A DNA stretch of 64,000 nucleotides. Origin: an uncultured delta proteobacterium (GTDB lineage Bacteria > Myxococcota_A > Polyangia > Fen-1088). Each line of letters begins with the position of its first letter. The first letter of the stretch is position 1. A model generated the notes under the pieces. It ran no database searches, had not been told where the DNA came from, and worked only from the letters and a program-made list of their open reading frames with translations. Of the stretch, positions 41,401-53,013 are shown one piece after another. The stretch lies in the NCBI GenBank assembly GCA_963737265.1, contig CAVTRY010000011.1, positions 1-64,000 on the forward strand, read 5' to 3'. The position numbers and the translations under genes were made by a program.

Positions 41401-41679
41401 GCCCGGGAGTTTCGGCCCGACGTCGTCATCTGCGACATCGGCCTTCCCAAGATGGATGGCTACGGAGTGGCCAAGGCATTGCGCGCGGACGCGAACCTGC
41501 GCTCGGTACATCTGGTAGCCTTGAGTGGCTATGCTCAGCCCGAGGATCTGCAGCGCTCCTTCGCCGCCGGCTTCGACGCACACCTGGCCAAGCCGGCGAG
41601 CGCCGAGGACATCGAGTCGGTCGTGGCTGGGTCTGCGGAAAATTCCGCAACCAAGCATGCACGCAAACGGCTAATCTAA
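38476..41679 (+). CDS. CHASE3-PAS-PAS-GAF hybrid sensor histidine kinase/response regulator
   Basis: DAETGQRGYLITG (CHASE3), SIGDAVI, SHELRNPL, NLLSNAAKFT, DIGLPKMDG; start uncertain. Confidence 0.92.
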   Translation: MGQPPVTRPRGMSSSMVLALVVLALVLTSGLAVFNVRRVMTTEGRVAHTHEVLESLESLVSTLNDAETGQRGYLITGVPAYLEPYSTAVASVHERINHLAALTQDNPEQRQRVEAMRPLVADKLAVLKRTLEVRKQAQNPVQGAEAARAVVMTGEGKRVMDEIGRRVAGMAAIEHQLVDKRRRESTAALGTGIASSLLGFAISLGLVLAAARSNRRRLKDQQRAAEALAAEASRLQTTLTSIGDAVIVTDLDGRITLLNEVAKSLVGCGQGVEGRPLEEVFHVVNEQTRRPVESPVSKVLRMGVVSGLANHTVLLSRNGSEIAIDDSGAPIRDSQGRTIGVVLVFRDVRERRKAENELLTAKQGLESLLDNSPLGVIQWSTTDCLIERWSDEATKTFGWTAHEAVGKRIDELSWIYPDDRPRVDGVIADMLSGKRPRNVTKNRNVRKDGSVIECEWYNSTLRDPPGKGSVLSLVFDVTERKRAETELREQAAALEAALGSRAKVARLYEVLSRVNEAIVRCRAEQELHEQVCSILVEVGGYPLAWIGLVREARVVPTVVRGPAADYAREIMVTLDGELGKGPTGTSIREGRPVVTQDFLTDAKMSPWRERAASHGFRSSAALPLRRGGVVVGALTLYAREPDAFDAEHTSLLDALVADLSYAQDAMEDERLRALAEESLARSEAQLREADERKSQFLAMLSHELRNPLTPIKNSLHILNRVAPNGEQALRAKAVIERQVDQLARLVDDLLDVTRLTRGKFRLERARLDLVDAVRRTAEDHRPLLAGAGIDFEVVLAAHPLWIHGDAARLVQVVGNLLSNAAKFTPKGGKVTLSVGEACAEFARLCVRDTGVGIAKELLPHLFEPFMQAESTLDRSKGGLGLGLALVKGVVEMHGGTVEPHSDGAGCGAEFIVRLPTETGPRPSLAEGKTVKAPEQSRRVLVVEDNVDAATSLRDVLVLCGHEVELACDGYDGVEKAREFRPDVVICDIGLPKMDGYGVAKALRADANLRSVHLVALSGYAQPEDLQRSFAAGFDAHLAKPASAEDIESVVAGSAENSATKHARKRLI

Positions 41680-41686
41680 ATCCAGC

Positions 41687-42367
41687 ATGGCCGACGCTGC
41701 GCAGCCGCCAAGAGAGCTGATTCGCCTCATTTCGCACGACCTGCGCAGCCCGCTCACGGCCATGCAGCTCAACGCCCAGCTCATCGAACAGTCGGCGCTG
41801 CGGGACGGACGGGAGAAAGAGCAGCGCTGGGCCTCGCTCATCGTCGCGGCGACGCGCCGTCTGGATGGAATGCTTCGGCAACTAGGCGAGGCCGAGCGTG
41901 TTCGCTCCGGCCAGATCCCGCTGGCCATCGAACCACTAGTCTTCGACCAATTCTTGCGCCAACTCTTGGACAGCAGTGGGGACCTCGCCGGCGAGAGGGT
42001 TCATCTAATACCAGCGAAAGAATCGCTTGTCTTGTCGGCCGATCGCACGCGCCTCGGGCAAGCCATGCTCAATGTGCTGCACCTGGCTTTGCAACAGGTG
42101 GCCCCCCTCGCGCGTGTCACCGTGGACGCGCGAGATCGGGACGGGGAGCTTTGCTGCACGATCATCGCTCCCGTTCCGCCCGAGCTGACCGCACAAACCA
42201 GGGCAGGGAGCGCCGCCACGCCGGCAGCTCGCGCCGGAGGTTGCGGGGGGATCGCCCTCCACGTCGCGCGAACACTGATCGAGTGTCATGGTGGAAAACT
42301 GCGCGTTGCCGAGGACGCGGAGCGCGCCCTCGTATTCGAGATCGCTCTTCCCGCTGTTCGCAAGTAA
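41687..42367 (+). CDS. Sensorless histidine kinase-like protein with degenerate ATPase domain
   Basis: SHDLRSPL H-box present; N box poorly conserved and DxGxG absent. Confidence 0.7.
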   Translation: MADAAQPPRELIRLISHDLRSPLTAMQLNAQLIEQSALRDGREKEQRWASLIVAATRRLDGMLRQLGEAERVRSGQIPLAIEPLVFDQFLRQLLDSSGDLAGERVHLIPAKESLVLSADRTRLGQAMLNVLHLALQQVAPLARVTVDARDRDGELCCTIIAPVPPELTAQTRAGSAATPAARAGGCGGIALHVARTLIECHGGKLRVAEDAERALVFEIALPAVRK

Positions 42368-42376
42368 AATACCGAG

Positions 42377-43723
42377 CTATGGCAGCCCGTATTTCACCAT
42401 CTTCTCCCACAGATTCTTGCGCGTGATACCCAGCGTCTCGGCCGCGCGCTTTCGCTCCCCGCCCGCGTTTTGCAGCGTGCGTTCGATGTAGTCCTTTTCG
42501 AACCGCGCCATGACCATGGAAAGGGGCTCGTTGCGATCGCTCGCCACCGCCGGGGTCGAGCCGCGAAATTCGGCCGGCAGGTGATGGGTCTGGATGTCTT
42601 GTCCGTGAGCCAGAATAGCGGCGTGCTGGATGGCGTGCTTGAGCTCGCGGACATTGCCGGGGTAGCCATAGGATTTGAGCGCGGCCCACGCCGCGGGCGC
42701 GATGGCTGGGGTTGTCTGGCCGACCGGCGTGAACTCACGTAGGAATCCCTCGACCAACATGGGCAGATCCACCAGGCGCTCGCGCAGTGGCGGCAAGCGC
42801 AGATCGAAGACCTTGATGCGGTAATAGAGATCCTGGCGGAACTTGCTCTCCGCCCCCATCGTCTTGAGGTCGCGGTTACTGGCCGAGATCAGGCGCACGT
42901 CGACCTTCACCGAGGTATTGGTGCCAATCGGCTCGAAAGCACCGTCTTGCAGAACACGCAGAAGCTTGGCCTGCACCTCCATCGGCATTTCGCCGATCTC
43001 GTCGAGAAAAAGCGTGCCGCCATCCGCGGCCTTGAATCGCCCGTCGCGCCGTTTGACCGCGCCGGTGAAAGCGCCGCGCTCGTGGCCAAATAGCTCGGCC
43101 TCGATGAGCGTCGCTGGCACGGCCGCGCAGTTGACCGCCACGAACGGCGCGTCTCGGCGCTCGCTGGTGGTGTGAATCATGCGCGCGGCGAGCTCCTTTC
43201 CAGTACCGCTCTCTCCGCTGAGCAAGACCGCGGCAGAGCTCGACGCGATGGCGTTGATTTGATTGCGCACCTGTGCAATGGCAGGCGAGCGGCCTTCGAT
43301 GGCCTGGCCCACCTTGCGCATGGCCAGCTCGGCACGAACCTCGGCAAGTTCGCGCAACAGGCGCCAGCGCTCGTCGATGCGCTCGACCATGGCCAGCACC
43401 TCGGGCAACTCGAAGGGCTTGGTCACGTACTCGATAGCAGCCTCTTTGACTGCCGCAACGGCCTCCTGGATGCTACCGAAAGCGGTCATCAGAACCACGT
43501 GGGTATCCGGCTGTTCGTTGCGCACGCGGCGCAGGATGGTGAAACCATCCACCTTGGGCAGGCGGATGTCGCTCAGCACCAGGTTGAACGTCTGGTGATC
43601 GAGGAAACACATGGCCTCGCCCCCGTCAGAGGCAAGCGACACACGATGGCCTAGCTCGCGCAGGGCCTCGCCGAGAGGCAGTCGGATGTCCGCCTCATCG
43701 TCAACTAGTAGGATATCGAGCAT
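42377..43723 (-). CDS. NtrC-family sigma54-dependent response regulator
   Basis: REC domain, GESGTGKE, GAFTGA, FLDEIGE, PGNVREL, Fis-type HTH. Confidence 0.95.
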   Translation of the reverse strand: MLDILLVDDEADIRLPLGEALRELGHRVSLASDGGEAMCFLDHQTFNLVLSDIRLPKVDGFTILRRVRNEQPDTHVVLMTAFGSIQEAVAAVKEAAIEYVTKPFELPEVLAMVERIDERWRLLRELAEVRAELAMRKVGQAIEGRSPAIAQVRNQINAIASSSAAVLLSGESGTGKELAARMIHTTSERRDAPFVAVNCAAVPATLIEAELFGHERGAFTGAVKRRDGRFKAADGGTLFLDEIGEMPMEVQAKLLRVLQDGAFEPIGTNTSVKVDVRLISASNRDLKTMGAESKFRQDLYYRIKVFDLRLPPLRERLVDLPMLVEGFLREFTPVGQTTPAIAPAAWAALKSYGYPGNVRELKHAIQHAAILAHGQDIQTHHLPAEFRGSTPAVASDRNEPLSMVMARFEKDYIERTLQNAGGERKRAAETLGITRKNLWEKMVKYGLP

Positions 43724-43824
43724 CTCAGGTCCACGTTGCCGGAAACCGGCGACGAACGGATAGTGGGGCTCGGGCACCGCGAAGGCAAGCCACTTTTCCA
43801 TGACGGACGCATCCAGCCACGAAC

Positions 43825-43841
43825 TTGGTCCATGGCTTGCA
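43825..43841 (+). promoter_or_regulatory. Candidate sigma54 promoter
   Basis: TTGGTCCATGGCTTGCA (GG-N10-GC), divergent from the NtrC-like gene. Confidence 0.45.
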
Positions 43842-44040
43842 GCGCTGTAGCTCGGAAAGATGATGTTGCGAGGGACCGAGGGGGAGCGAGCGCGAAAGCG
43901 ATGAAATTTATGCAGGCATTGGAGCCAATACACCAGCCACTGACCTTGGACCTTGGTCTGGCCCTCGGCGGAGCCGAGCGCGACTCGTTCGGAACTGGTG
44001 ACGTCGCCAGAGGCGTCTGTCACCGGTCGGTGACACGCGC

Positions 44041-44079
44041 TCCAGCCTCCAGCCTCCAGCCTCCAGCCTCCAGCCTCCA
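44041..44079. repeat. Heptamer tandem repeat (TCCAGCC x5.5)
   Basis: Perfect tandem array directly adjoining the dispersed element. Confidence 0.9.
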
Positions 44080-44189
44080 CCGTAATCCCGCTATAGTCGC
44101 GGAAGGTCGTGGCCGTGGCCGGAGTGATCTTCGTCGGCCACGGCCAGGGCCACGACCACGGCGACGACGACGTTTACGACCACCATTCA
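44080..44189. repeat. Dispersed ~110-bp palindromic element, copy 2
   Basis: ccgtaatcccgc...gaaggtcgtggccgtgg.cggagtgatcttcgtcggc...acgaccac shared with 8199-8308. Confidence 0.8.
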
Positions 44190-44291
44190 TCGCTCCAACT
44201 AGGTGGCGCGTCCATCCTGGAAAGGAGCCTCTTTCTGCCGCCTTCCGCGACGTTGCTGCGCTTGTCGCGGATTACGGCTCCGGAGGCGGCA

Positions 44292-45005
44292 ATGACCAGG
44301 GTTAACTGCGAGCTGTGCCGCCATGGAGCCTTGGCAGCGCTGTCGCACGAGTTGCGCAACCCGCTAGCGGCCCTGAGCAACAGTCTCTATGTGCTGCAAC
44401 GAAGTCAGTGGCGCGAGCCACAAGCAGAGCGGGCCATGGCGGTGATGGATCGCCAGATACGCCATCTTGTTGCTCTCCTCGATGGTCTGGCAGATGCGGC
44501 TCGCCTCGAACAGGGGAGGGTAGAGCTACGCCTGGCGTCGGTCGACCTCGGTGCGATTCTGCGCAAGGCTCTCGACGACCATGAAGCCCTCTTCAGGCGT
44601 GGCGAGATCCAGAGCTTCTTGCAGATTCCCTCCGAGCCTGTCCACCTGCCTGCCGATGCCTTGCGCATTGAGCAGGTCATAAGCCATTTGCTTGAGAACG
44701 CGGCGCGGTTCACCCTCCCCGGCGGATCGGTGATGCTGTCTCTCGAAGCAGACAAGGCGGCAAGGGTCGCTCGCATCCGAGTGCGGGATTCAGGCATCGG
44801 GCTCGACCCCAATGTGCGCCATCAGTTGTTTCAGCCCTTCGTCCAGGCCGACACCTCCCTCGCGCGAACCCGAGGTGGGCTCGGCCTTGGCCTCGGGGTC
44901 GTCAAAGGCCTCGTCGAGCTACACGCTGGATTGGTAAGGGCCGAAAGCGAAGGCCCTGGTAGGGGCTCGACCTTTGTCGTCGAGCTACCGATGGAGAAGA
45001 GCTAG
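44292..45005 (+). CDS. Sensorless histidine kinase (HisKA-HATPase only)
   Basis: SHELRNPL, LLENAARFT, DSGIG, GLGLGL; GGAGG RBS. Confidence 0.85.
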   Translation: MTRVNCELCRHGALAALSHELRNPLAALSNSLYVLQRSQWREPQAERAMAVMDRQIRHLVALLDGLADAARLEQGRVELRLASVDLGAILRKALDDHEALFRRGEIQSFLQIPSEPVHLPADALRIEQVISHLLENAARFTLPGGSVMLSLEADKAARVARIRVRDSGIGLDPNVRHQLFQPFVQADTSLARTRGGLGLGLGVVKGLVELHAGLVRAESEGPGRGSTFVVELPMEKS

Positions 45006-45051
45006 CGGGCGCTGCGCCTGCGCGCCCGCTAGACAGATTTTCGAGCCGCCG

Positions 45052-45735
45052 TCAGATGGCCAGATAGTCACCGATATTCTCGCGGAGAACGGCACGCGCC
45101 CGATGAAGCCTTGTCTTGATCGCCTGCTCCGACACTCCGAGCGACTGGGCTGCCTGCGACGTGGAATGACCTTCGATCTCCCGCGCTAGGAAAACCTGCC
45201 GTAGCGAGTCGGGCAACTTCTCGACCGCGTTCTGAATCTCTCTTCGCAATTCCCCAAAGGCCAAGTGCTCGTCAGGGCGAGGCGGCCCGCTGAAACGTGA
45301 TTCATGGTTCGAATTCGCGGCCCCAGCAGCGCTCTCATCCGGAAGAATCTTGGAAAATGTGAACGTCGGTCTTCGGCTGCGCACGCGCAGGAACATCAGC
45401 GAAGCGTTGGCGGTGACGCGATAAAGCCAGCTACCTATCTGAGAGCGGCCCTCGAATCCAGGTAGCTTCCGCCAAACCGTGATGAAGACATCCTGTAGGA
45501 TCTCTCGTGCATCGTTCTCGTCATGCACGATACGCACCGCCAAACGAAACAGCCGCGCCTCGTGCCGATCGAGCAACGTCTTGAGGGCCATCAAGTCGCT
45601 CTTTTGTGCTCGCGCGACCAAATCTTCGTCGGTCAGCCATTCGCGCGCGCCGAGTGCCTCGGCAGCTGGCGCTTCATGCGACGACAGATCGGTCGAATAT
45701 GAAGGTGGAGTAGGGTCCGTGGCACAGATGTTCAT
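45052..45735 (-). CDS. ECF sigma-70 factor
   Basis: DAREILQDVF, SWLYRVTAN, IKTRLHRAR motifs; no anti-sigma adjacent. Confidence 0.9.
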   Translation of the reverse strand: MNICATDPTPPSYSTDLSSHEAPAAEALGAREWLTDEDLVARAQKSDLMALKTLLDRHEARLFRLAVRIVHDENDAREILQDVFITVWRKLPGFEGRSQIGSWLYRVTANASLMFLRVRSRRPTFTFSKILPDESAAGAANSNHESRFSGPPRPDEHLAFGELRREIQNAVEKLPDSLRQVFLAREIEGHSTSQAAQSLGVSEQAIKTRLHRARAVLRENIGDYLAI

Positions 45736-45820
45736 GCTTTTTCTCGCGATGTGGGTGAGGTGGCCCGTCTCGAAAAGGCCTTTCCAGCCGAGACTGCCAA
45801 TGCCGTTCCACCGTGAGCTC

Positions 45821-45836
45821 AGCAATACCCATGCCG
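45821..45836 (-). promoter_or_regulatory. Sigma54 promoter upstream of the ECF sigma gene
   Basis: Minus strand CGGCATGGGTATTGCT (GG-N10-GC). Confidence 0.6.
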
Positions 45837-46215
45837 CCGACGCAAATCACTTCTCGCCATTGGGTACGTTGCATGAACCCGGGTTTTGGAGTGAAGCGAC
45901 CGGAAACCCAAGGGCGCATCCTCAAGAGCAGATCGCGAGACCTGCCACGTATGGGTGTGTCAGCCGAGAGAATGGATGGAAAACCCTGGGCCTGTGCAAC
46001 GCACCCCCTCGCTCATTGGTTCTTCTTGGCGGGTTCGCGGAATCGCGAGCAGCTCACTGCGGGGTCGTCTGGATTTGAGATCCGATCGAGGGCAAGCCAC
46101 CTGGGAAGGAAGCCGGGGTTCTTCGCGCTCCATTCTATTTCGGTAGTGAGACGCCAGGTTTCGGTCACCAGACGGTAACGCTTCCTGTGGCACGACCACC
46201 CCGCTGACCAGGCAC

Positions 46216-46272
46216 CAGGCTTCAGGCTTCAGGCTTCATCGCCGCTCTCTGACAAGCCAGACCCTGGAGCCT
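46216..46272 (+). repeat. Heptamer repeat (GGCTTCA x3) with inverted partner ctggagcct
   Basis: caggcttcaggcttcaggcttca ... ccctggagcct. Confidence 0.65.
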
Positions 46273-46311
46273 TGCGTTGTGGACGAAGCCCGCGCTTTTG
46301 CCCCTCGACCG

Positions 46312-47010
46312 TTAGAATGTCTCGCCTAGCCACTTGAACTGCGCGTAGGAGCAATGTAGCCACACCTTGATTCGCTGACGGTCCAGGCGGGTAAAGGAAC
46401 CGCTGGCGAAATCCGGGTTGTTGGCGGCGGCCCAGAAGCTGGCGTCCTGTCGATCCATCTTTTGCATCGCCGCTGGCTGCAGCTCCGGCAACTCGATAAC
46501 CACTGCCCCAAGCTTGCTTGCCTTGGCGCAAGTCTCGGAACCATCGAAGAACGAAAAATCTTTCCCGCGTCCAAAGTTCTTCACGATGCAAATTCGAGCC
46601 GTGGCGCCATAGCGATCGAGCAGTCGATCAAGCATCAGCACCGAATCCTTGCCGTCGTCCATGACATGCCAAAATACGACGCCCACGTTACACTCGCGAG
46701 CCAGATCGAGCACGCCAGCCTCGGCAATCCATTTTGACAGCGGCCGGTCGCTTTGCGAGGGGAGATCGACCAGCACGCGACGATCAGACTCGGTCGCGAG
46801 GGTCAAAATCTCGTCTACGCTTTCCGAACGTTCGAGGTCGACCGGCCGGGTGTAGTCTGCATAGTGTCGCAGGAGCGCTCCGTGCGAACCATCCGCATCA
46901 AGGGCAAGGAACGGCAGCGCACGATCGATGAGATACTGCGCACACAAGCGCGCCACGACCGATTTGCCGACCCCACCCTTTTCGCCACCAATGAAATGAA
47001 TTGTGCTCAT
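46312..47010 (-). CDS. ParA/MinD-like P-loop NTPase (often annotated mobilization protein, MobD-like)
   Basis: IHFIGGEKGGVGKS deviant Walker A; VLVDLP. Confidence 0.8.
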   Translation of the reverse strand: MSTIHFIGGEKGGVGKSVVARLCAQYLIDRALPFLALDADGSHGALLRHYADYTRPVDLERSESVDEILTLATESDRRVLVDLPSQSDRPLSKWIAEAGVLDLARECNVGVVFWHVMDDGKDSVLMLDRLLDRYGATARICIVKNFGRGKDFSFFDGSETCAKASKLGAVVIELPELQPAAMQKMDRQDASFWAAANNPDFASGSFTRLDRQRIKVWLHCSYAQFKWLGETF

Positions 47011-47092
47011 GCGCCTAAGATGACAAAAACGTCGCTTGGTTCCACCCGTTGTGCAGGGACGACTGCGAACCCTTGCAACATGCTGGCGGGGT

Positions 47093-47600
47093 TCATGGCG
47101 TGTGTTTCCGCGTGAAGCGGGCGCCATGTACCGAAACCGGGCCGAGGTCGTGCCGCATCGGCGCTTCGAAGAACTGCGGAACGAGACGCCACTCTTCGAC
47201 CAGCCCACCTGCATTCGGGGACGAGCTCAAGCGCTCGAGATCCGAAGGGTCGAGCGGTTTCCGCTTGAAGGCGTCTTGGATTCGGCTGAACACGCCGTTG
47301 CGCCACTGGAACACTTCGTCCAGCTTCTCGACATAGGTAAACGCGTGGTTGTTTTCGCCGTAGTAGTCGTCGAATAGGTCACGACCGAGATAGATCGCGT
47401 TGGAGCCAGAGACTTCAGGTATTCCGCCATCCCCATTTTGATCGCCGGCAGATGGTGCCGTGGACACGCAAACTTCACGCCTTCATCGGTGCGGCCCAGG
47501 ACGTCCGCCGCGGCGGCGTCCCAGGTAATCGGCGTCGTAGCCAGGAAGACGCTGGTCAACCACATCCCCCCGTGCCAGGCGCGTGCGGCGTTTGTCCCGC
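47093..47600 (-). pseudogene. Unidentified gene fragment with frameshift near 47405
   Basis: Protein-like text switches from ...KMGMAEYLKSLA to NAIYLGRDLFDDYYGENNHAFTYVEKLDEVFQW...; no clear start. Confidence 0.4.
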
Positions 47601-47779
47601 TTGGACACACAGCCCACCCAAGAAGCTTCTGCGGCCGACGGCTTCGTCTCACTTGAAGGTATTGCATATGCGTAGGATGAAGAAGCCGGCGCCGAGTGAC
47701 GGTTGCATGCGCTCGACGCAGGCCTATCTTCCAGAGCCTCATTGCTACCGCCGTCTGAAATGTGACAACATCTTCCTGC

Positions 47780-48970
47780 ATGAGGAAGAAATACGTGGTT
47801 CACCGACCACTCGCAATTGAGCGGCCCGATCTTGTGGCCGAGTGGCACCCGTCGAAGAATCTTCCGCTGACTCCATATGAGGTGACGGCGGGTATGGAGA
47901 CCCGCGTGTGGTGGAAATGCCCCAAGGGCCCGGACCACGTGTGGGAGGCGACGATCCTCGGGAGAGCCGTCCGCGGCAAGGGTTGTCCAGTTTGTGCGAA
48001 TCGCCTGGTAACCCCGAAGAACTCGCTTGCGGTTCGGGCGCCCAAACTCGCGCAAGAATGGCACCCGACGAAGAACGGCTCCGTCAGGCCGACGGACGTG
48101 GTGCCCGGTTCGGGCAAGAGGGTGTGGTGGCAGTGTCGCTTCGGCCACGAGTGGCAGGCCAGCCTCGTCCAGCGGACCAAGGTGGCCACCCGCTGTCCAT
48201 ATTGCGTGGGGTATCGGGTCACCCCCGAGCGCACGCTCGCCGCCCAGGAGCCGGCCCTGGCCAGGACCTGGCACCCGACGAAGAACAGGGAATTGAAACC
48301 GATCGACGTGGGACCGGGCACTGCCAAGAAGGTCTGGTGGCTGTGCAAACGCGGTCACGAATGGCGGGCGGCCGTTAACTCACGGGCTCGCAGGGGCACC
48401 GGCTGTCCGATGTGTGCGGGCAACAAGGTCAGCCCCGAGCGGTCGCTCGCGACCGTGGCGCCCGACGTGGCCGCCACCTGGCACCCCACCCGCAATGGAC
48501 GGTTGCGACCCAAGGATGTCATGCCGGGCACCGACCGAAAGGTTTGGTGGAAATGCCCGGTGGGTCCGGACCACGAGTGGAAGATGTCGATCGTTGCGAG
48601 GCGTATCTATTTCAGCTGTCCGTTCTGCACCAACCATCGGGTGTCTTGCACGAACTCGCTCGCCACGGTGGCAAAGAAGATCGCCCGGGACTGGCACCCG
48701 ACGAAGAACGGCAAGCTGCGACCGACCGACGTCGTGTATGGTAGCGGCAAGCTCGTCTGGTGGCGGTGCCAGTTTGGCCACGAGTGGTCTGCGACTGTCA
48801 TCTGCCGCACTCGCGGAAGCGGTGGTTGCCCGGGCTGCCGCTTCGATTCGCAACTCCAGCGCCGCCGCGAAACGCACAAGTTGCTCCCGGTCGATCGCGC
48901 GTTGTTGGCGATCGAGGAGGAAGCGCGCCGGGCGGCTTCCCGAAAACCGAACGTGAAATCGCGACGCTGA
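47780..48970 (+). CDS. Zinc-ribbon repeat protein (DUF4379-type), five repeats
   Basis: 5x WHP.KN..L.P..V..G....VWW.C..GHEW......R.....CP.C. Confidence 0.88.
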   Translation: MRKKYVVHRPLAIERPDLVAEWHPSKNLPLTPYEVTAGMETRVWWKCPKGPDHVWEATILGRAVRGKGCPVCANRLVTPKNSLAVRAPKLAQEWHPTKNGSVRPTDVVPGSGKRVWWQCRFGHEWQASLVQRTKVATRCPYCVGYRVTPERTLAAQEPALARTWHPTKNRELKPIDVGPGTAKKVWWLCKRGHEWRAAVNSRARRGTGCPMCAGNKVSPERSLATVAPDVAATWHPTRNGRLRPKDVMPGTDRKVWWKCPVGPDHEWKMSIVARRIYFSCPFCTNHRVSCTNSLATVAKKIARDWHPTKNGKLRPTDVVYGSGKLVWWRCQFGHEWSATVICRTRGSGGCPGCRFDSQLQRRRETHKLLPVDRALLAIEEEARRAASRKPNVKSRR

Positions 48971-49070
48971 AGTGCTGGACCGCGGCGAGGCTGTCGCGTG
49001 TTGCGCCTGGGAGGTACTTGCGAGAAGGTCGAGGCCGCGATCGTGGGCAGGCGATGCGCGGAGGTCGCCC

Positions 49071-49702
49071 GACATCTTTCCGGAAATCAACATCCCTGTC
49101 ATCAGCCTAATCTGGAATTACAACGGGCTCGAGCCCCAGGAAATGGAGCGAAGGATAACGTCCAACTCCGAGCGCTCAAAACGTGTCCATAAATGGACCC
49201 GTCTTGAAGATTTTTGAAGGGAGGGCCGCTGCCCTCCCCTCGTCCGCGAAGTAAATTCGCGGACTTCACCCCACCTGCGGCCGAGCCCTTGGCTTGGCTC
49301 GGCTGCTGAAGAACTGTCCAATTTTTGGACAGTTCTTCAGTGACCACGCTGGTCAACGACGTCGAACACATCGAGTCCCAGTCCATGAACGGGATCTCGG
49401 TGGTCAAGATTTTCTTCCAACCCTCCGCCAACGTCCAAGTCGCACTCGCGCAAACCACGGCCATCGCTCAAACCATACTGCGCGGCCTCCCGCCCGGCAC
49501 GACGCCGCCGCTTGTGGCCATCTTCTCCGCCTCCACTGTGCCGGTGCTCCAAATCGGGCTGACCAGCGACAGCATGAGCGAACAGGCCCTGTTTGACTTC
49601 GGCAACAATTTCATCCGCACCCAGCTTGCCACGGTCCAGGGGGCGTCCATTCCCTTTCCCTACGGGGGCAAGCAACGCTTGATTTCCGTCGACCTCAACC
49701 CA
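49071..49702 (+). pseudogene. RND (AcrB-family) permease N-terminal fragment interrupted by a MITE
   Basis: DIFPEINIPVISLIWNYNGLEPQEMERRIT..ERS | VTTLVNDVEHIESQS...PPGTTPP...PYGGKQRLISVDL. Confidence 0.88.
49179..49336. mobile_element. 158-bp MITE with TCA direct repeats
   Basis: Flanked by TCA (49176-49178 and 49337-49339); imperfect TIRs AAACGTGTCCATAAAT / AGAACTGTCCAAAAAT (12/16); removal restores the RND reading frame. Confidence 0.8.
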
Positions 49703-49715
49703 GCGACGCCAGGTC

Positions 49716-50045
49716 GTGTTGAGTGCTTTTCAGGAAGTCCAGGACGAGGTCACGGGAATCGAAGTCCTTCGTCAGGCCATGCAAGCGCAACAATTGGCCT
49801 TGGACGCGGCCAAGAGGACGCTAGAGATCTCCACCAACCGTTACACCGGCGGACTCGTGAGCTATCTCGACGTCGTCACGGCCCAACAGAATCTGCTTAC
49901 CAACGAGCGGCAGATGGCCGTCATCGGGGCGCAGCAACTCGTGGTCAGCGTGCTCCTGGTCAAGGCTTTGGGCGGCGGCTGGGACGCGGCCAGCTTGGCC
50001 GCGGTCCAGGTAAAGCCAAGAGCGAAGGACCTGGTCTCTCGCTAG
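49716..50045 (+). pseudogene. Outer-membrane efflux factor (NodT/OprM family) C-terminal fragment
   Basis: VLSAFQEVQD...RYTGGLVSYLDVVTAQ...LVKALGGGW. Confidence 0.85.
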
Positions 50046-50148
50046 GAGCTGGATCGGAAAACTTGACGGCGCTAGGACCGGAGCTACGGTGGTGATGTAG
50101 GTATAGGTAGTAAGATAGTTACATACCCCGACACACACCAGGGACAAC

Positions 50149-52947
<2,799 letters not shown>

Positions 52948-53013
52948 TCGCTCGCTGCGAATGTCTGCCGTCGCGCACGCTTGGCGCTCTGGCTTTGTTG
53001 TAAGCTCGCTCGC

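Noticed and set aside
44109-44291. His/Asp-rich N-terminal extension (HGQGHDHGDDD) on the sensorless kinase
   Set aside because: It is a translation of the dispersed DNA repeat; the RBS supports the start at 44292.
46312-47010. Conjugative or mobilisable element implied by the 'mobilization protein'
   Set aside because: No relaxase, oriT, T4SS or integrase nearby; only a generic P-loop NTPase is supported.
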